Source of the DNA: a candidate division FCPU426 bacterium
GTDB taxonomy: Bacteria > Oederibacteriota > Muellerivitia > Muellerivitales > Muellerivitaceae
Assembly (NCBI GenBank): GCA_963719085.1
Contig: CAVRAL010000004.1
Location: 1,056,001-1,120,000 of the forward strand
Direction of reading: 5' to 3'
Length of the DNA stretch: 64,000 nt
Part shown: piece after piece, positions 47,139 through 56,455 of the stretch
Layout: every line of letters begins with the position of its first letter
How positions within the stretch are numbered: the first letter of the stretch is position 1
Program-made: the position numbers and the translations under genes
The notes under the pieces: generated by a model
What the model was told of the DNA's origin: nothing
Databases searched by the model: none
What the model saw: only the letters and a program-made list of their open reading frames with translations

Positions 47139-49515
47139 AAATTTATCGCTGCCCCTAACCGCCGCGGCCCTGACCTTAGGTCTGAGTCCGGCCCTTTTTG
47201 CCTCCACGGACCCGGTCCCCCAACAGAACTCGGCTGTCTTGTTCTCGACCGTTCCACTGGGCGATTCGACCTATGGGCGCTTGAGCCAGTTAGAGAAGGC
47301 CGGTCTTTTGCCCGCGGGCGCCGCCCAGCCGCCCCTGACCCGTTATGAAGTGGCCCAAGATATTTTGACGGCTCAAAACCGCTACCACCAAATCGTGGTG
47401 GCCGACGCCGATACGGACATGCTGCCTTCGGTGGAAGATTTAGGAAACGCGGGTGTGACCGCGGCTCCCGGGTCGGACACGGCCCTAACCGCTTCGGTTA
47501 CCGCCCCGGCCGCGCCTTCGGAACCGGTGACGGAGTCCGACGCGGATCTGGCCAAGGCCGCTCAAACCTTAACCAGCCTGCAAGACGCCTATCAATATGA
47601 ATTAAAAGCCGTTCAGGGCCAAAAAGACGCCACTTTGAAATCCTCCTCGGATGTGGAAGCCGGACAATACGATTTGTGGAAAAGATTGAAGGGGATTTCC
47701 GAATATCCCACCGTGGCCTGGCATGGGTTGGGAAGGGCGTTCCAAATTGCCCAGCAATATTACGGCGATACGGGCGCCATCGGGTTGAGCCACAACTCCA
47801 CCCAAACCGAATTGGGTTATATCGATTTTGAGCCTGAAGGCGTGGTCGATAAAGAAATCCGCTGGGATATGATCTTGCGTTATAAAACGCTGATGGAGTC
47901 GAACCAATCCGCTTCCATCGATACGCTCACCGTCCGCCGGGTCACCATGGATTATAACGCGCCTTGGGTTTCGGTCACCTTGGGTGATTTCGACGAGGCT
48001 TACACGCCTTTAACCCTTTGGAACCGGGATAATTTAGACCTGCGCTATAAACCCGAAATGATCGCCCGGGAAGACGATACTTTGAAATACGAAAGCTTTT
48101 TAAATAACGAGCCCAATTGGCCTTTCCGCGGCGCCCGGGCCAGCACGGAACTTTTGTGGCCCAACTCGGATCTGCTGGACCGCTTTAAAATTTCAGTGAT
48201 GGCCGACATGATCGCCAACGGTTTCAACGACACCACGGGACAGGCTTTTTATTACGGACCGGATAATTTCACCGACTTTATTTTCGGCGCCGACAGCGAG
48301 CTCAAGTCCAAGCGCTGGTATTTGGGCGGGAACGCCTCGATCCAATTGGCGATGGACGCCTACGCGGTTGTTTTGGCCGAGCCTTTGGGCACCAACCAAC
48401 CCAATTCCATTTACGTTCAATTCAATCCCGATACTTGGGCCCATCATTATCAGATCATCAGCTTGAAGCCTTCAGTGGACTTCGGGCTGGGGGATGACGC
48501 GTCCTTTGGGGGCGTTTGGGAAGGCGCTTCAGCGGTTTATCAGGACGATGAGCGGGACAATAATAAAATTGTCAGCGATTACGCCATCCTGGCGGGACCT
48601 TACTTACGGTTGGGCCATTCCAAGCTGACCTTCAACTATCTTTATGTGGGACCCTATTACTATTCGCCCCTGGCCCAGACCCGGCAGGATGATCTGGTCC
48701 CGGGTTCCAACGCGCAAGGCGCCGCCACCCCCGAGCTTTTCGACGCTCCCCTGCGCAGCCAGTTTTTCCTGAACGGCATCCCCCGCGCCGGCGGAATCTT
48801 CGGTTATTACGACCGCACCCAGGACAATACCTTCCCCTATGGGTTGGCGACTCCCAACCGGCAGGGCGCCGGGCTTGATTTGGACGTGAAAACACTTGAT
48901 AAAGACGCCCTGCAAATCTTGGGGTCGATCTACTTTGTTCAGGAAATCAGTGATAACCTTGTGGAAGAGAGCCAGGGCGGGGTTTATGTTCCGGTTCCGG
49001 TGGACGGGACCGCGTCGGCCCCGACCCCCCAGCGCAGTTTCACTTACGTGAATGTGGGACCCTCGTTGAACCTGGGGCCCGCTTTGGGCTTGGACCAGGA
49101 TTTAGTCGTGGGAACCAACGCCCGGTTCGAGCAGACCAACAGCTCGGTCGGCACGCTGACCAGCGCCTGGCTTTTAGGCGGAGTGCAGGTGGGGTTGTTC
49201 CCTTGGTGGGAAATGGCGGCTTCCTATAGCGACCAGGAAATAAAGGGCCATGACACCGGCATTGGGAACACCACTTTGGCGAGGTATTCGTATATTTTTG
49301 ATAATTCGGATTTTGGTTCTTACAACGTTTTTACGATCGACGGCAGCAACCAAAGTTTCCGCTTGTCGAGCGTGTTCAAGATCAACCGCAACTCGAGCCT
49401 TTATCTGGATTACGACCTGACCGGCGGGGACGCGGTCCCCTACGTGGGGTCCACGGCGCCGGGAACGAAGCTGAACAACCAGTACCTGGAGATGACTTAT
49501 GAAATCCAATTCTAA
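47122..49515 (+). CDS. SLH-like + coiled-coil + beta-barrel outer-membrane protein, paralog C
   Basis: FSTVP...YGRLSQLEKAGLL...LTRYEVA; LQDAYQYELKAV; ends LEMTYEIQF. Confidence 0.72.
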   Translation: MKRISKNLSLPLTAAALTLGLSPALFASTDPVPQQNSAVLFSTVPLGDSTYGRLSQLEKAGLLPAGAAQPPLTRYEVAQDILTAQNRYHQIVVADADTDMLPSVEDLGNAGVTAAPGSDTALTASVTAPAAPSEPVTESDADLAKAAQTLTSLQDAYQYELKAVQGQKDATLKSSSDVEAGQYDLWKRLKGISEYPTVAWHGLGRAFQIAQQYYGDTGAIGLSHNSTQTELGYIDFEPEGVVDKEIRWDMILRYKTLMESNQSASIDTLTVRRVTMDYNAPWVSVTLGDFDEAYTPLTLWNRDNLDLRYKPEMIAREDDTLKYESFLNNEPNWPFRGARASTELLWPNSDLLDRFKISVMADMIANGFNDTTGQAFYYGPDNFTDFIFGADSELKSKRWYLGGNASIQLAMDAYAVVLAEPLGTNQPNSIYVQFNPDTWAHHYQIISLKPSVDFGLGDDASFGGVWEGASAVYQDDERDNNKIVSDYAILAGPYLRLGHSKLTFNYLYVGPYYYSPLAQTRQDDLVPGSNAQGAATPELFDAPLRSQFFLNGIPRAGGIFGYYDRTQDNTFPYGLATPNRQGAGLDLDVKTLDKDALQILGSIYFVQEISDNLVEESQGGVYVPVPVDGTASAPTPQRSFTYVNVGPSLNLGPALGLDQDLVVGTNARFEQTNSSVGTLTSAWLLGGVQVGLFPWWEMAASYSDQEIKGHDTGIGNTTLARYSYIFDNSDFGSYNVFTIDGSNQSFRLSSVFKINRNSSLYLDYDLTGGDAVPYVGSTAPGTKLNNQYLEMTYEIQF

Positions 49516-50320
49516 ACAACGGTGGTTCGGCCGCGTGAGCGGCGTCGCGGGCTGCGTCGCGCTCTTGGGCGGGTTGGTTCTTCTGTTGAATTCGGGCTGT
49601 CAATCCAGCGTCCCGGGTTTCGGGAATTATGCCGCCCCCAACTCGGTGCCCAACAGCAACCGGGTGGACCAGTTCGCCACCGGAAGTATCGCCATTAATC
49701 CCAACCTTTTCGAGGACAACAACCCGCCCAGTTACGTCTTGAAAACGCCGGGTTCGGTGACCTTCGTGAATAATTTCCCGACTTACGGATCCGGCAGCGG
49801 CCAATTGGTGCCGGGCGCCGGCGCGGTCAGCCCCTACGCTTACCAAATGTCGGGCGCGGTGACGGATTTGCTCGACAACACTTTTCCGGCCTTGGATTTG
49901 GAAATTCCGATGGAAAATTACACTTATTACGACGCGAATCATTTTAGCGGCGTCAAGTTTTACCTGAAAGTGGCCGATGATGATACGGCGGCCCACCGGG
50001 TGTTCGCCATCCCCGTGGCGCAAACCGTTCCCACGGGAACCAACAACGGCACCTGCCCGGCGGGGCCCAAACGCTGCTACGATCATTTCGCGGCGGACTA
50101 CAGCGGCGGCACCGGGGGCCAATGGCTTCTTTCCAGCTACAATTTCAGCGATCTCCAACAGCTTCAATCCGGCTACGCGCCGGTGGTCCCCACCTTGACC
50201 GGGGATAACGGGGCCAACTTGAAACAGACGCTTTGGCTGCAATGGGAAGAAGGAAACAACAACAAAAAGCCGGGTCTTGCCACGATCGATGTTTATGTGG
50301 ACGATATCGAGTTTTTTTAA
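49499..50320 (+). CDS. Lipoprotein with a CIA30/CBM11-like domain (paralog 2)
   Basis: LNSG-C lipobox; YDANHFSGVKFY, GTCPAGPKRCYDHFA, DVYVDDIEFF. Confidence 0.75.
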   Translation: MKSNSKQRWFGRVSGVAGCVALLGGLVLLLNSGCQSSVPGFGNYAAPNSVPNSNRVDQFATGSIAINPNLFEDNNPPSYVLKTPGSVTFVNNFPTYGSGSGQLVPGAGAVSPYAYQMSGAVTDLLDNTFPALDLEIPMENYTYYDANHFSGVKFYLKVADDDTAAHRVFAIPVAQTVPTGTNNGTCPAGPKRCYDHFAADYSGGTGGQWLLSSYNFSDLQQLQSGYAPVVPTLTGDNGANLKQTLWLQWEEGNNNKKPGLATIDVYVDDIEFF

Positions 50321-50378
50321 AACAGTGGTAATTTTAAAGCAAGGTGGCTTGGGCAGAGCCCAAGCGGGGAAAGTGGCT

Positions 50379-51146
50379 ATGAACAACAAATCAGTTTTAA
50401 TTTTGGGCTTGGCGTTATTGGGCTTGCTCCAGGGATGTACGGAGAAGCTTCCCTTATCCAATCCGAATCTTATCTTGGCCCAGCCTTTGCCCGTCACGGT
50501 GGTCTCCGACTTTGGCAACGCCTCCTTGAAGACAAACCCCACGCTTTTTGACAGTGAAAAGGGTTTCTTTTTGGATGGATCCTACGCTTATAAAACGGAC
50601 AGCGGCTTGCAGCTGACGACGCCGCTTGTCAGCGCTTCCTTTCCCGATCCCAGCAACAGCCCCTACGCCTTGCATCTTTTCGGGACCTACATCGACTATG
50701 GCAACGGCGGTTATCCGGCCTTCGAACTGGAATGCTTTCCCCGCGCCGACAGCCAATTTTACGACCTCACCTCTTTCGCCGGCCTGACCGGCATTGAGTT
50801 CGACTGGTGCACCGGACCCACGGACAACTCAAATCAATACTTTTTTTGCCTGATCACCGCCCGCATCGCTCCCCAAAGCATCGGCGGGGATGGAACCTGC
50901 GGCACCCCCGGCGCCGTGCCTTGCTACGATTACCTCGGCAATTCGCTTTTTGGGACGGGCGGGAACTGGTTCCAGCTTCAGCTGCCTTTCAGCAATATGA
51001 ACACCCAATATTCTTCGGGCAGTCCGACCAACGTCACGGCCGCGGATATGACCCATGTTCTTCAATTAATGTGGACCAACCGGTCCAACAATGTTTCGGG
51101 CAATTACACCTGCGATATGTGGTTGGATGACATCCAGTTCTATTGA
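50379..51146 (+). CDS. Lipoprotein with a CIA30/CBM11-like domain (paralog 3)
   Basis: LLQG-C; YDLTSF..LTGIEF, GTCGTPGAVPCYDYLG, DMWLDDIQFY. Confidence 0.75.
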   Translation: MNNKSVLILGLALLGLLQGCTEKLPLSNPNLILAQPLPVTVVSDFGNASLKTNPTLFDSEKGFFLDGSYAYKTDSGLQLTTPLVSASFPDPSNSPYALHLFGTYIDYGNGGYPAFELECFPRADSQFYDLTSFAGLTGIEFDWCTGPTDNSNQYFFCLITARIAPQSIGGDGTCGTPGAVPCYDYLGNSLFGTGGNWFQLQLPFSNMNTQYSSGSPTNVTAADMTHVLQLMWTNRSNNVSGNYTCDMWLDDIQFY

Positions 51147-51169
51147 TCGCCGGTTGAACCCATTTTTTT

Positions 51170-51200
51170 AAAAGGCGCGGCTAAAAGCCGGGCCTTTTTT
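51170..51200 (+). terminator. Rho-independent terminator
   Basis: AAAAGGCGCGGCT-aaa-AGCCGGGCCTTTTTT. Confidence 0.8.
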
Positions 51201-51279
51201 ATTTAAACTTGGTTTTAACGGGGAACAAAACCGTATTTTTAGCCCCGGAGGTTGTGGAAGCCCAATTTTTGTCCCCGGG

Positions 51280-51288
51280 TGGTATAAT
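51280..51288 (+). promoter_or_regulatory. Extended -10 promoter element
   Basis: TGGTATAAT upstream of the gene at 51363 (RBS GAGGAGG). Confidence 0.55.
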
Positions 51289-51362
51289 TCAATAACGCCG
51301 ATCTAAATATAAAATATAAACAACCCAATGGCCGCCCCGCGTTTGAGTATGAGGAGGACCCT

Positions 51363-52148
51363 ATGAACAGCCGGACAAAATTGGTTTTATTATTCGCCGC
51401 GCTTTTCTGCCAAGGATGCCAAAACAATTCGCCCGCCGCGCAGTCGTTTTTGGCGCCCGCCCTTTCGAACAAAGTCGTGTCGAACTTTGGAGAGGCTTCG
51501 CTCAAGGTTAATCCAACCTTAACGGATTCGGCGGCGGGAACTTTTATCGATGGTAGTTATGGTTTCAGCGGCGATAGCGGCCTCGGGTTCGCCCCGCCCT
51601 TGGCCGATCCAAGCGGCAACCCTTACGCTTTGCATCTCTTCGGCGATTATATCGATTACGGCAACAACGGTTACCCGGCTTTTGAGATAGAGTGCCTGCC
51701 CCGGGCGAACGCTTCCTATCCCAACAACCTGTTTGATCTCGGGAGCCTCCAAGGTATCTCCTTCTGGTGGAACCGGGGGACGGATGACAACGCCAATCAG
51801 GTATTCTTTTGCCTGGTCACGGCGCGGATCGCCCCCCCCAGCATCGGGGGCGACTGCGGCGACCCCGGCAACCCCAGCACGGTGCCTTGTTATGACTACC
51901 TGGGGAATTCGCTTTTGGTATACCCCAGCGGCCAATGGTCTCATGTCACCCTTGATTTCGACGGTATGGGACTCCAGTATGGAGCGGGTGGTCCCGGCAC
52001 TGTCCAGACATACGATAGACAGCAGGTGCTTCAGTTCATGTGGACCAGCCGTTCGAATAATAATTCGAGCGCCAATAACCCGGCTGGGGGCCCGCCGGCC
52101 CAAAAATACACCGCTGACATCTGGCTCGACGACGTCGAATTATATTGA
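51363..52148 (+). CDS. Lipoprotein with a CIA30/CBM11-like domain (paralog 4, closest to paralog 3)
   Basis: FCQG-C; PYALHLFGDYIDYGNNGYPAFE, GDCGDPGNPSTVPCYDYLG, DIWLDDVELY. Confidence 0.75.
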   Translation: MNSRTKLVLLFAALFCQGCQNNSPAAQSFLAPALSNKVVSNFGEASLKVNPTLTDSAAGTFIDGSYGFSGDSGLGFAPPLADPSGNPYALHLFGDYIDYGNNGYPAFEIECLPRANASYPNNLFDLGSLQGISFWWNRGTDDNANQVFFCLVTARIAPPSIGGDCGDPGNPSTVPCYDYLGNSLLVYPSGQWSHVTLDFDGMGLQYGAGGPGTVQTYDRQQVLQFMWTSRSNNNSSANNPAGGPPAQKYTADIWLDDVELY

Positions 52149-52172
52149 TGGCGCGCGAAGACTCGATGGATC

Positions 52173-52199
52173 GGCGCGGTTAAAAACCGCGCCTTTTTT
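52173..52199 (+). terminator. Rho-independent terminator
   Basis: GGCGCGGTT-aaa-AACCGCGCC followed by TTTTTT. Confidence 0.88.
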
Positions 52200-52303
52200 A
52201 TTTCGCCCAATATTCCAAGGCTTTTCATTCCTTCTTTTTCCCCCGGGTCTGTCTTATACTAACCGCCTTTCAAACCCATCCTTTTTTCGGGAGTTCCAAG
52301 GCC

Positions 52304-54103
52304 TTGTCGCTCGACCATATCCGTAATTTTTGCATCATCGCCCATATCGACCACGGCAAAAGCACGCTGGCGGACCGCCTTTTGGAATTCACCGGCGCCA
52401 TTCCGCCCCGGGAAATGCGCGCCCAATTGATGGACCAAATGGATCTGGAACGGGAGCGGGGCATCACCATCAAGGCCAAGGCCGTGCGTTTTTTTTATAA
52501 GGCCAAAAACGGCAAGCGCTACGAGATGAACTTGATCGATACGCCAGGCCACGTGGATTTTAACTACGAGGTTTCCCGAAGCCTCAAGGCCTGCGAGGGG
52601 GCGCTTTTATTGATCGACGCCTCCCAAGGCGTGGAAGCCCAGACCCTGGCCAACGCCTTTTTGGCCATGGATCAGAAACTCACCATTATTCCCGTCATCA
52701 ATAAAATCGACCTGCCGGCCGCGGACGTGGAGCGCTGTAAAAAACAAATGGAAGAATCACTCGCCATCGAGGGCTCGGAAGCCATCTTGGCCTCGGCCAA
52801 GGATGGTTTGGGCATCGAGGATATTTTGGAGGCGATTGTGGAGCGGGTGCCGCCGCCCCAGGGCGAGGCCGCCGACCCGGTGAAGGGCCTTATTTTTGAT
52901 TCCATGTTCGACATTTACCGCGGCGTCATCATCTTCGTGCGGCTTTTGAACGGCACCATCCAAAAGGGAACCAAGATGAAGTTCATGGCCACCGATTTGG
53001 TTTTTGAGATCGAGGAAATCGGCGTCTTCAAACCCAAGATGGAAAAAGTCGAGAAGCTTTCCGCCGGGGAAGTGGGCTACATCTGCGCCAATATCAAGGA
53101 AGTGCGCGACGCCAAGGTGGGGGACACCATTACCGAAGCCAGCCGGCCCACCGCGGAGGCCCTGCCCGGGTTTAAGGATGTGTTGCCCATGGTTTTTTGC
53201 GGGCTCTTTCCCATCGACTCCGAGGACTACGACCACCTGAAGGAATCCCTGTCCAAGCTCAAACTGTCCGACGCGGCGCTTTCGTATGAGCCCGAGACTT
53301 CCGTCGCCTTGTCTTTCGGTTTTCGCTGCGGTTTTCTGGGCCTGCTCCATATGGAAATTGTGCAGGAACGTTTGGAGCGCGAATACAACCTCAACCTGAT
53401 CGCCACGGCGCCCAGCGTCATTTATCAGGTGGTCAAAACCAACCAGGAAGAAGTTTGGGTCGACAATCCGACCAAACTGCCCGAGATCACCTCGATCCAG
53501 GAAATCCGGGAGCCCATCATTGACGCGAAAATTATCGTGCCCGCCGATTATATCGGCGCGGTCATGACCCTGTGCCAGGAGCGCCGGGGAATTCACAAAA
53601 ACACCAGCTTCCTGGATCCCACCCGGGCCCAGATCGCCTATGAGCTTCCCCTGGCCGAAGTGGTCATGGATTTTTTCGACAAACTTAAAAGCTGCACCAA
53701 GGGCTACGCGTCGCTGGATTATGAGCCCATCGGCTACCGGGCGGGCCATATCGTGAAGGTCGACATCCTGCTGAACAACGAAGTGGTGGACGCGCTGTCC
53801 TTTATGGTGCATCGGGACAAGGCCGAGGCCCGGGGGCGGGGAATCGCCGAAAAGCTAAAGGAAATTATTCCCCAGCAGCTTTTCGAGGTGCCGATTCAAG
53901 CCGCCATCGGCGGAAAAATTATCGCCCGGGAGACGGTTCGGGCCCGCCGCAAGGACGTTTTGGCCAAATGTTACGGCGGGGATATCAGCCGCAAACGGAA
54001 ACTATTGGAGAAACAAAAAGAAGGTAAGAAGCGCATGAAGAACATCGGCAGCGTCGAAATACCTCAAGAAGCCTTTATGGCCGTCTTGCAGGTAGAGGAT
54101 TAA
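52304..54103 (+). CDS. lepA: Elongation factor 4
   Basis: [66 protein letters not shown]. Confidence 0.99.
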   Translation: MSLDHIRNFCIIAHIDHGKSTLADRLLEFTGAIPPREMRAQLMDQMDLERERGITIKAKAVRFFYKAKNGKRYEMNLIDTPGHVDFNYEVSRSLKACEGALLLIDASQGVEAQTLANAFLAMDQKLTIIPVINKIDLPAADVERCKKQMEESLAIEGSEAILASAKDGLGIEDILEAIVERVPPPQGEAADPVKGLIFDSMFDIYRGVIIFVRLLNGTIQKGTKMKFMATDLVFEIEEIGVFKPKMEKVEKLSAGEVGYICANIKEVRDAKVGDTITEASRPTAEALPGFKDVLPMVFCGLFPIDSEDYDHLKESLSKLKLSDAALSYEPETSVALSFGFRCGFLGLLHMEIVQERLEREYNLNLIATAPSVIYQVVKTNQEEVWVDNPTKLPEITSIQEIREPIIDAKIIVPADYIGAVMTLCQERRGIHKNTSFLDPTRAQIAYELPLAEVVMDFFDKLKSCTKGYASLDYEPIGYRAGHIVKVDILLNNEVVDALSFMVHRDKAEARGRGIAEKLKEIIPQQLFEVPIQAAIGGKIIARETVRARRKDVLAKCYGGDISRKRKLLEKQKEGKKRMKNIGSVEIPQEAFMAVLQVED

Positions 54104-54121
54104 GTCGCGGCAATTTTCATT

Positions 54122-54186
54122 GATGAACGCAGATAAACGCCGATGAGGAATAAATCTAATCGAATTATCTGCGTTCATCTGCGTTC
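54122..54186. repeat. Inverted-repeat element built from 10-bp units (GAACGCAGAT)
   Basis: GATGAACGCAGATAA (54122-36) is the exact reverse complement of TTATCTGCGTTCATC (54165-79). Confidence 0.85.
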
Positions 54187-54306
54187 GCGCCGCTCCTCGA
54201 AGTAAAAGTTAGGGGAGGGCGGCATTGTCCCGGGAATCCTTAACGCCAATAGGGAGTCCCGGGACATCATTGTTAATCGCTGTAAATTTTTAAATCCGGA
54301 GAAGTC

Positions 54307-55119
54307 ATGGAAAACATCGATTTTACCCAGAATTTGAATTTGATTCTTTATTTCTTGGCGGCTCTGTTGACCTTGGTGGAGCTTTTCGTGAGGGTCGTTT
54401 GGCCCAAGCTCAAACCGTCCCCGGCACCCGCGCCCGGTCTTTTGGCCGCCAGCCGGCCTGGAAGTTGGATGGAAACCGTTGACTCCCTTTGGGTGGCCAT
54501 GGTGGTGGCCCTGACCTTGAAGGCCCTTCTGGTCCAGCCCTTTACCATTCCCTCGGGCTCAATGGAAGACACGCTCCAAATCGGCGATTATCTGCTGGTG
54601 AAAAAATATGAGTACGGCTATTCGCTTTTGAATAAGACCCCCCGGTTCCTGGAGTTCAACCATCCCAAGCGCGGGGATATTTTGGTTTTTGTTTATCCGG
54701 ATGACCATACGAAAGATTTCATCAAGCGCTGTATCGGTTTGCCCGGGGACGTGATTGAGCTTAAAAACGCCGAGCTTTACCTGAACGGCGTGAAGCAGGA
54801 TGAGCCTTATGTGAAACATCTTTTCACGCCGAGGGAAATCCTCCAAGAAGAAGGGCCGGACTCGCCCAAGGTCAATTTTGGACCCGTCACGGTGGCCCCG
54901 GGCCATTACTTTATGATGGGGGACAACCGGGACAACAGTTTGGATTCCCGATACTGGGGCCAGCTGGACGAGGAACTCGTCAAGGGCCAGGCCTGGCTCA
55001 TTTATTGGCATAGCGTGAATTTTCATCCGGACTTCAGCCGGATGTTCCATTTTATCGTGAACGCGCCTTCCACCGCGGCTCCGATGGCGCCTTCGGCGGC
55101 CGCGGCTAAGAAAAAATAG
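54307..55119 (+). CDS. lepB: Signal peptidase I
   Basis: IPSGSMEDTL.IGD, FIKRCIGLPGD, MGDNRDNSLDSRYWG. Confidence 0.97.
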   Translation: MENIDFTQNLNLILYFLAALLTLVELFVRVVWPKLKPSPAPAPGLLAASRPGSWMETVDSLWVAMVVALTLKALLVQPFTIPSGSMEDTLQIGDYLLVKKYEYGYSLLNKTPRFLEFNHPKRGDILVFVYPDDHTKDFIKRCIGLPGDVIELKNAELYLNGVKQDEPYVKHLFTPREILQEEGPDSPKVNFGPVTVAPGHYFMMGDNRDNSLDSRYWGQLDEELVKGQAWLIYWHSVNFHPDFSRMFHFIVNAPSTAAPMAPSAAAAKKK

Positions 55120-55133
55120 GAGACCGCGAGGCC

Positions 55134-56246
55134 GTGAACGCTTATTTGCATATTCCCTTTTGCGCTTCCATTTGCAGTTACTGTGATTTCACGTCCTTTG
55201 CCGGACAGGACTCCAAAGTCGAAACTTACACGAAGGCCCTGATCCGGGAAATTGAAGGGTCGACGCTGACCGGGCCCCTTCAAACCGTTTATTTTGGCGG
55301 CGGGACGCCGTCGGTGCTTTCAGCGCCCCAGCTTGAAAAAATCCTAAGCGCGCTTCGCGCGAAAGCGGGGTTCGACCCGCGGATTGAAATTTCGCTTGAG
55401 GCCAATCCGGAAACCGTGACCCTTGAAAAAATGACGGCTTATCGGCGCTTGGGCGTCAACCGGGTCAGTTTCGGGGCCCAAGCCTCGCAAGAAAAAATCC
55501 TAAAACGTTTGGGACGGGGCCATTCCTGGGACCAGGTGGAAAAGGCCTTCCGCGCCGCGCGGGAAGCGGGGTTCACGAACTTGAACCTGGACTTGATGTT
55601 TGGCTTGCCGGGCCAGAGCGCCGATGATTTTAACGAGTCCCTTCAAAAAGCCGCCGCGCTCAAACCCGACCATCTTTCGGTTTATGCCCTTCAAGTGGAA
55701 GAGGGGACTCCCCTGGAGAAACAAGTTCAAACCGGGCTCGCGCTTCCCACGGAAGACGAGGTGGCCGACGAATACGAGAAGGCGCAAAGCTTTTTAAAGG
55801 CCCAGGGTTTTGAGCAATACGAGGTTTCCAATTTCGCGGTTTCCGGTAAAACCTGCCGGCATAATTGGAATATCTGGCGGGGGCAGGATTATTGGGGTTT
55901 TGGACTTTCGGCGGTGGGAACCGTCCAAGGCGTCCGGCACACCCATGACGAGAACTTGACCGGTTACCTGGAGACGGCCGCGGGGCGCAAGTCCCCGGTT
56001 TTAAGCTTGGAATCCTTGTCCCCGGAAGTTTTGGAGTTTGAAAAAATCATGTTGGCCCTCAGAACGTCCGAAGGGGTCCGCCGGCAGGATCTGGATCACT
56101 ACGCCAAAAGCCAAGGACTGTCTTATCAAGAACGCTTTCGTCTTTTTGAGGGCCGGGGCTGGCTGAGGCTAAGCGGGGACCATTATCAGGTGACGTCCAG
56201 CGGGTTCTTTGTGTTAAACGGTCTCTTAGAGACCTTGGTCGCCTAA
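55134..56246 (+). CDS. hemW: Radical SAM heme chaperone HemW
   Basis: YLHIPFCASICSYCDF, YFGGGTPS, YEVSNF, HNWNIW (variant of HNxxYW); standard lepA-hemW-hrcA context. Confidence 0.9.
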   Translation: MNAYLHIPFCASICSYCDFTSFAGQDSKVETYTKALIREIEGSTLTGPLQTVYFGGGTPSVLSAPQLEKILSALRAKAGFDPRIEISLEANPETVTLEKMTAYRRLGVNRVSFGAQASQEKILKRLGRGHSWDQVEKAFRAAREAGFTNLNLDLMFGLPGQSADDFNESLQKAAALKPDHLSVYALQVEEGTPLEKQVQTGLALPTEDEVADEYEKAQSFLKAQGFEQYEVSNFAVSGKTCRHNWNIWRGQDYWGFGLSAVGTVQGVRHTHDENLTGYLETAAGRKSPVLSLESLSPEVLEFEKIMLALRTSEGVRRQDLDHYAKSQGLSYQERFRLFEGRGWLRLSGDHYQVTSSGFFVLNGLLETLVA

Positions 56247-56291
56247 ACCCGGCCCTCTCTTTTTGATAGAACGAATCCAATCCCCCGTAAG

Positions 56292-56426
56292 TTGACTTTC
56301 AAGTCCGGCCTCTTATTATGAGGATGATAAAGAGCCGGACTTGTCCGGGCTGGTTCTTGTGAAGAAGAAAAAACAGGGCTAAGTCCAGTATGATTTTCAT
56401 CATCAGGAGCCGGATTGATCCGGCCT
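56292..56426 (+). promoter_or_regulatory. hrcA operon promoter with two GAGCCGGA-N4-TCCGG palindromes (no CIRCE)
   Basis: TTGACT-16 nt-TATTAT; CCGGA-CTTG-TCCGG at 56335-48 and CCGGA-TTGA-TCCGG at 56410-23. Confidence 0.6.
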
Positions 56427-56455
56427 AAAGTTTAAGAAGAACGCTTAACTCAAAG

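Noticed and set aside
52757..53812. Long antisense ORFs within lepA, and similarly at 42307-43443 and 49382-50542
   Set aside because: Shadow frames of genes with strong codon bias.
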